From sequence record NC_055733.1: a stretch of 64,000 nt of DNA. One strand, written 5' to 3'. A program made the position numbers and the translations under genes. Shown piece after piece: positions 61,156-64,000 of the stretch; positions within the stretch are counted from its first letter, which is position 1, and every line of letters begins with the position of its first letter. Below the pieces are notes generated by a model. It searched no databases. It worked only from the letters and a program-made list of their open reading frames with translations, and was not told where the DNA came from.

Positions 61156-62082
61156 ATGCAGCAAACTAAGATTTTGATTGACACCGGTGAAGAAGGTGTG
61201 GAAGGAACAGGCGATACCCTATACCAAGGCGGTACTTCGCTTAATAGAAACTTGAATAGCTTGTATAATGTGTTTGGTGATTACAGACAATTTAAGTCTG
61301 ATGCCGGACAAGGAAATCAAGTAATGACTCTTCATGCCGGTGGATATTATCAGAAGCACTCCCGTGCATATTATGCAGGAGCAGAGCAACCCAGCGGTAA
61401 CCCAGTTGAGTTCGGATCGCTTCACGATCTCTCTGTTACAAGAGACGGTGCAGGCGATTTGATTGTTACTCTTCCTGCTGGTAACAATCACCAGGGAGAA
61501 TATGTCCACGTTATCAACACAGACGGTTCTGTTGGTGTTGGATCAGGCAAAGAAGTTATTATTCGTGTGAGTGGTTCCGGTGATAGTATTGGAACTCTAG
61601 GAACACAGATGAAAATCCAGAAACCATATTTTTCTATTCGCCTATGGGTGGATAAAGCAAACCCAACTGGTTCACATTGGAGCTATAAAGTTGAGAGTTT
61701 GTTTGGTGACGGATCTGTTCCATATAACAGTGTCATTTCAAACATCGGCACAGGAGTAACCAAAGATATTCCTCTGTTCAACAAATTCCAGTATAACGCA
61801 GTTAAGCATATGGTATTTGTTACCGAGCGTGGATCGAATATTCAGCAAGAAGCGAGTGAAGTTTTGGTACTCGTAAATAACAGCAACAATAACGACAACA
61901 CTGTTTATATGACGGAATACGCTCGTATCCGCACTAAGTCAACTGCAAATTCAAAAGACGATTTGCTATATGAAGCTGATTATAGAATTGTGAATGGAGT
62001 TGTTAGAATGTATGTCAAGAACATCGGTTCGACTGCAATTGACGTTACCGTTAAAGCAATCGAATCCATTGGGGGTCAATAA
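61156..62082 (+). CDS. 9: Baseplate wedge tail-fibre connector gp9
   Basis: LIDTGEEG..GTGDTLYQGG..LN.N.N.LYN.FGD and HAGGYYQK. Confidence 0.92.
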   Translation: MQQTKILIDTGEEGVEGTGDTLYQGGTSLNRNLNSLYNVFGDYRQFKSDAGQGNQVMTLHAGGYYQKHSRAYYAGAEQPSGNPVEFGSLHDLSVTRDGAGDLIVTLPAGNNHQGEYVHVINTDGSVGVGSGKEVIIRVSGSGDSIGTLGTQMKIQKPYFSIRLWVDKANPTGSHWSYKVESLFGDGSVPYNSVISNIGTGVTKDIPLFNKFQYNAVKHMVFVTERGSNIQQEASEVLVLVNNSNNNDNTVYMTEYARIRTKSTANSKDDLLYEADYRIVNGVVRMYVKNIGSTAIDVTVKAIESIGGQ

Positions 62083-64000
62083 TGAGTAAACAATCTATTA
62101 TCATCGGTAACGCAGTTGATGACGGCACCGGTGATTACATGCGTCGTGGTGGACAGAAGATTAACGACAACTTCACTGAACTATATAGTGAATTGGGCGA
62201 CGGTTCTGTTCCTCACGCTGCTGGCGCGTGGAAGCGTTATTCTACAGTCGGCACACCGCTTAATGTTGTGTTCGGTAAAGCATACACAATCGACACAACC
62301 GGCGGACAAATCACAGTTAACTTGCCTGCTGGTAAGCCATCCGATTACGGTAAAGTAATTCGTCTTCGCGATGTTAACGGCTCTTGGGCAACTAACCCAG
62401 TTAACTTAGTTCCGGGTGGTACCGATACCGTTAAAGGAACAACTAAGAAACACAAGCTTTGGAAGAACTATCTTGACGCCGAACTGGTATATTGCAGTCC
62501 TGGTAAATGGGAATATGCAGATAACAAGCGGGTGAACGGAATTAGTACCGCAAACGGTGCCACTGTTGCAAGAAAGGAATTTATTGCGGTAGAAGGCCAA
62601 ACTGATTTCATTAATATTTTCGAATCCAGTTATAACCCAGCTGCGGTAGAAGTTTATCGTCGCGGTAACTTGCTCTATTACGGAGATCGCATTTCCGAGA
62701 ATACTGACTACGGATCAATGACAGCAAAAACTCCTGTTGTTAGTGATGTGACTATTACAGGTGGCAAGAAAAATGATACTGTTGGCTATTCTCAGGGTGT
62801 GGTTGGAACAATCAACGCAACAAAAAATAAAGTTGAAGGACTTGTTATTGTTGATTTTCGTGGAGAAGTGTCAACAAATACCGTTATCATGCAATTTGCA
62901 AACGGCGCTAAGCCGATGGACGCAAACGTAATTTACGTTCAAAACGGAACTTCTGGACCATGGTTCTTACAATATGATTCAAGTCGTACCGCATATATTG
63001 GTGTTTATCCAGATCTGATTACAAAGCTAACATCTACCGAGAGTCAGACATATAAGGTATCGGTATATAAACTGAATACACTTGACGGATTTTCTATTCG
63101 TTTATCAGAGCCATGTTTTGCGGGTGACGTTGTTACCGTTGTGACTTATCTCGATGGAATTGCGTCATATCGTAGCTCATATCAACGTTATACTCTTAGA
63201 GTGTATGACGAAAAACTTACAACCGCTGACATTAAGACTGTTCCGGGACAGCGTTGGGTAGGAGATCTGAGTAAGAAAGCTAGATTCAGTTTAAACGACT
63301 TTGACCTGCTGGAGAACGAGACTTATAACCCGTTTAGTATGGAGATACTTGTAAACGGTAGATCTCTTACCAGAGCAGGAGAGGGAGATTTGCCTGCGTT
63401 TATTTGTGAGGGCGCAAATGCGAATGACGAAACATCTTGTATCGCACTTGGTGGTGCGTGGGTACCATCTGGTGGTGATTTCTCTACAGTAACGGATTTG
63501 AATGATCGTTATCGTGAGTTTGTTATCAACCAACCACTAAATCACAAAGATATCATTACTATTCGCTGGTATAATAACGATATCGGGACAACGCTTGATT
63601 GGGAAGGCGACGGTGGAATCAAAGAATTGGCAGATGCTCGATTCCTAGTTTCCGATAGAACGTTCAATCGAAATAGCAAAATTATGTACACCGATACAAA
63701 TAATCCCAATGCATCAACTGCTGTAGCAGATCCAGAAACGGAAGATGCAATTAGATTTACAAGTGTAGATAGTTTACTTGAGTCGATTTATCCTGTTGGG
63801 TCAATTTATATCAACGCACACAACCCAAATAATCCAAAGTCATATATGGGATTTGGAGAATGGCGTAGATTTGGACAAGGTAGAGTTCCAGTTTCGTGGA
63901 ACGAAGATAATCCGAATGACCCGAATTTTGGATTGAATACCAATGATAAAGACGTCAACGGAAACCCAAGACATTCTGCTGGTAATACCGGAGGTGCGGT
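62082..64000 (+). CDS. 10: Baseplate wedge subunit and tail pin gp10 (truncated by the window end)
   Basis: KQSIIIGNAVDDGTGDYMRRGGQKINDNFTELY; the same frame continues to IYPVGSIYINA.NPNNP..YMGFG.W. Confidence 0.93.
   Translation, partial: MSKQSIIIGNAVDDGTGDYMRRGGQKINDNFTELYSELGDGSVPHAAGAWKRYSTVGTPLNVVFGKAYTIDTTGGQITVNLPAGKPSDYGKVIRLRDVNGSWATNPVNLVPGGTDTVKGTTKKHKLWKNYLDAELVYCSPGKWEYADNKRVNGISTANGATVARKEFIAVEGQTDFINIFESSYNPAAVEVYRRGNLLYYGDRISENTDYGSMTAKTPVVSDVTITGGKKNDTVGYSQGVVGTINATKNKVEGLVIVDFRGEVSTNTVIMQFANGAKPMDANVIYVQNGTSGPWFLQYDSSRTAYIGVYPDLITKLTSTESQTYKVSVYKLNTLDGFSIRLSEPCFAGDVVTVVTYLDGIASYRSSYQRYTLRVYDEKLTTADIKTVPGQRWVGDLSKKARFSLNDFDLLENETYNPFSMEILVNGRSLTRAGEGDLPAFICEGANANDETSCIALGGAWVPSGGDFSTVTDLNDRYREFVINQPLNHKDIITIRWYNNDIGTTLDWEGDGGIKELADARFLVSDRTFNRNSKIMYTDTNNPNASTAVADPETEDAIRFTSVDSLLESIYPVGSIYINAHNPNNPKSYMGFGEWRRFGQGRVPVSWNEDNPNDPNFGLNTNDKDVNGNPRHSAGNTGGA

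Overview
This is a 64-kb segment of a large T4-like (Straboviridae-type) myophage genome; I could not assign a species. About 1-48.6 kb is mostly on the minus strand. It holds an early/accessory region of small ORFs behind sigma70-type promoters with stem-looped -10 boxes, and includes a split N6-adenine methyltransferase-like pair, an HD hydrolase, NAMPT (nadV), an outer-membrane beta-barrel, a nucleotidyltransferase, a 1212-aa PARP-like ADP-ribosyltransferase next to an ADP-ribosylglycohydrolase, a DUF2828 TROVE-like/vWA protein, tk and creA. It also holds a large tRNA region (23 canonical tRNAs, two freestanding homing endonucleases) and the genes 57B/57A/1/3/29/51/26/54/2/4. About 48.7-64 kb is the plus-strand baseplate operon 48-53-27-5-5.4-25-6-7-8-9-10, with gene 10 running off the end. 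The most unusual signal is RNA. At least seven tRNA-shaped genes have enlarged, hidden, duplicated or missing arms, including a tRNA-Arg(UCU) whose anticodon is buried in a bulge-helix-bulge-like 28-nt insertion and a 74-nt tmRNA-TLD-like mini-RNA. Several more multi-stem ncRNA candidates sit between the tRNAs. Also notable are a lambda G/GT-style -1 slippery site joining gene 26 to a gene 51-like ORF just before the tape measure gene, and a ~110-140-bp palindromic element present in three copies. Four essential baseplate genes (54, 48, 27, 8) and the HD gene are broken by small frameshifts, most likely sequencing indels, so single-base details in this window need caution. All folds and family calls were made by eye; no searches were run.
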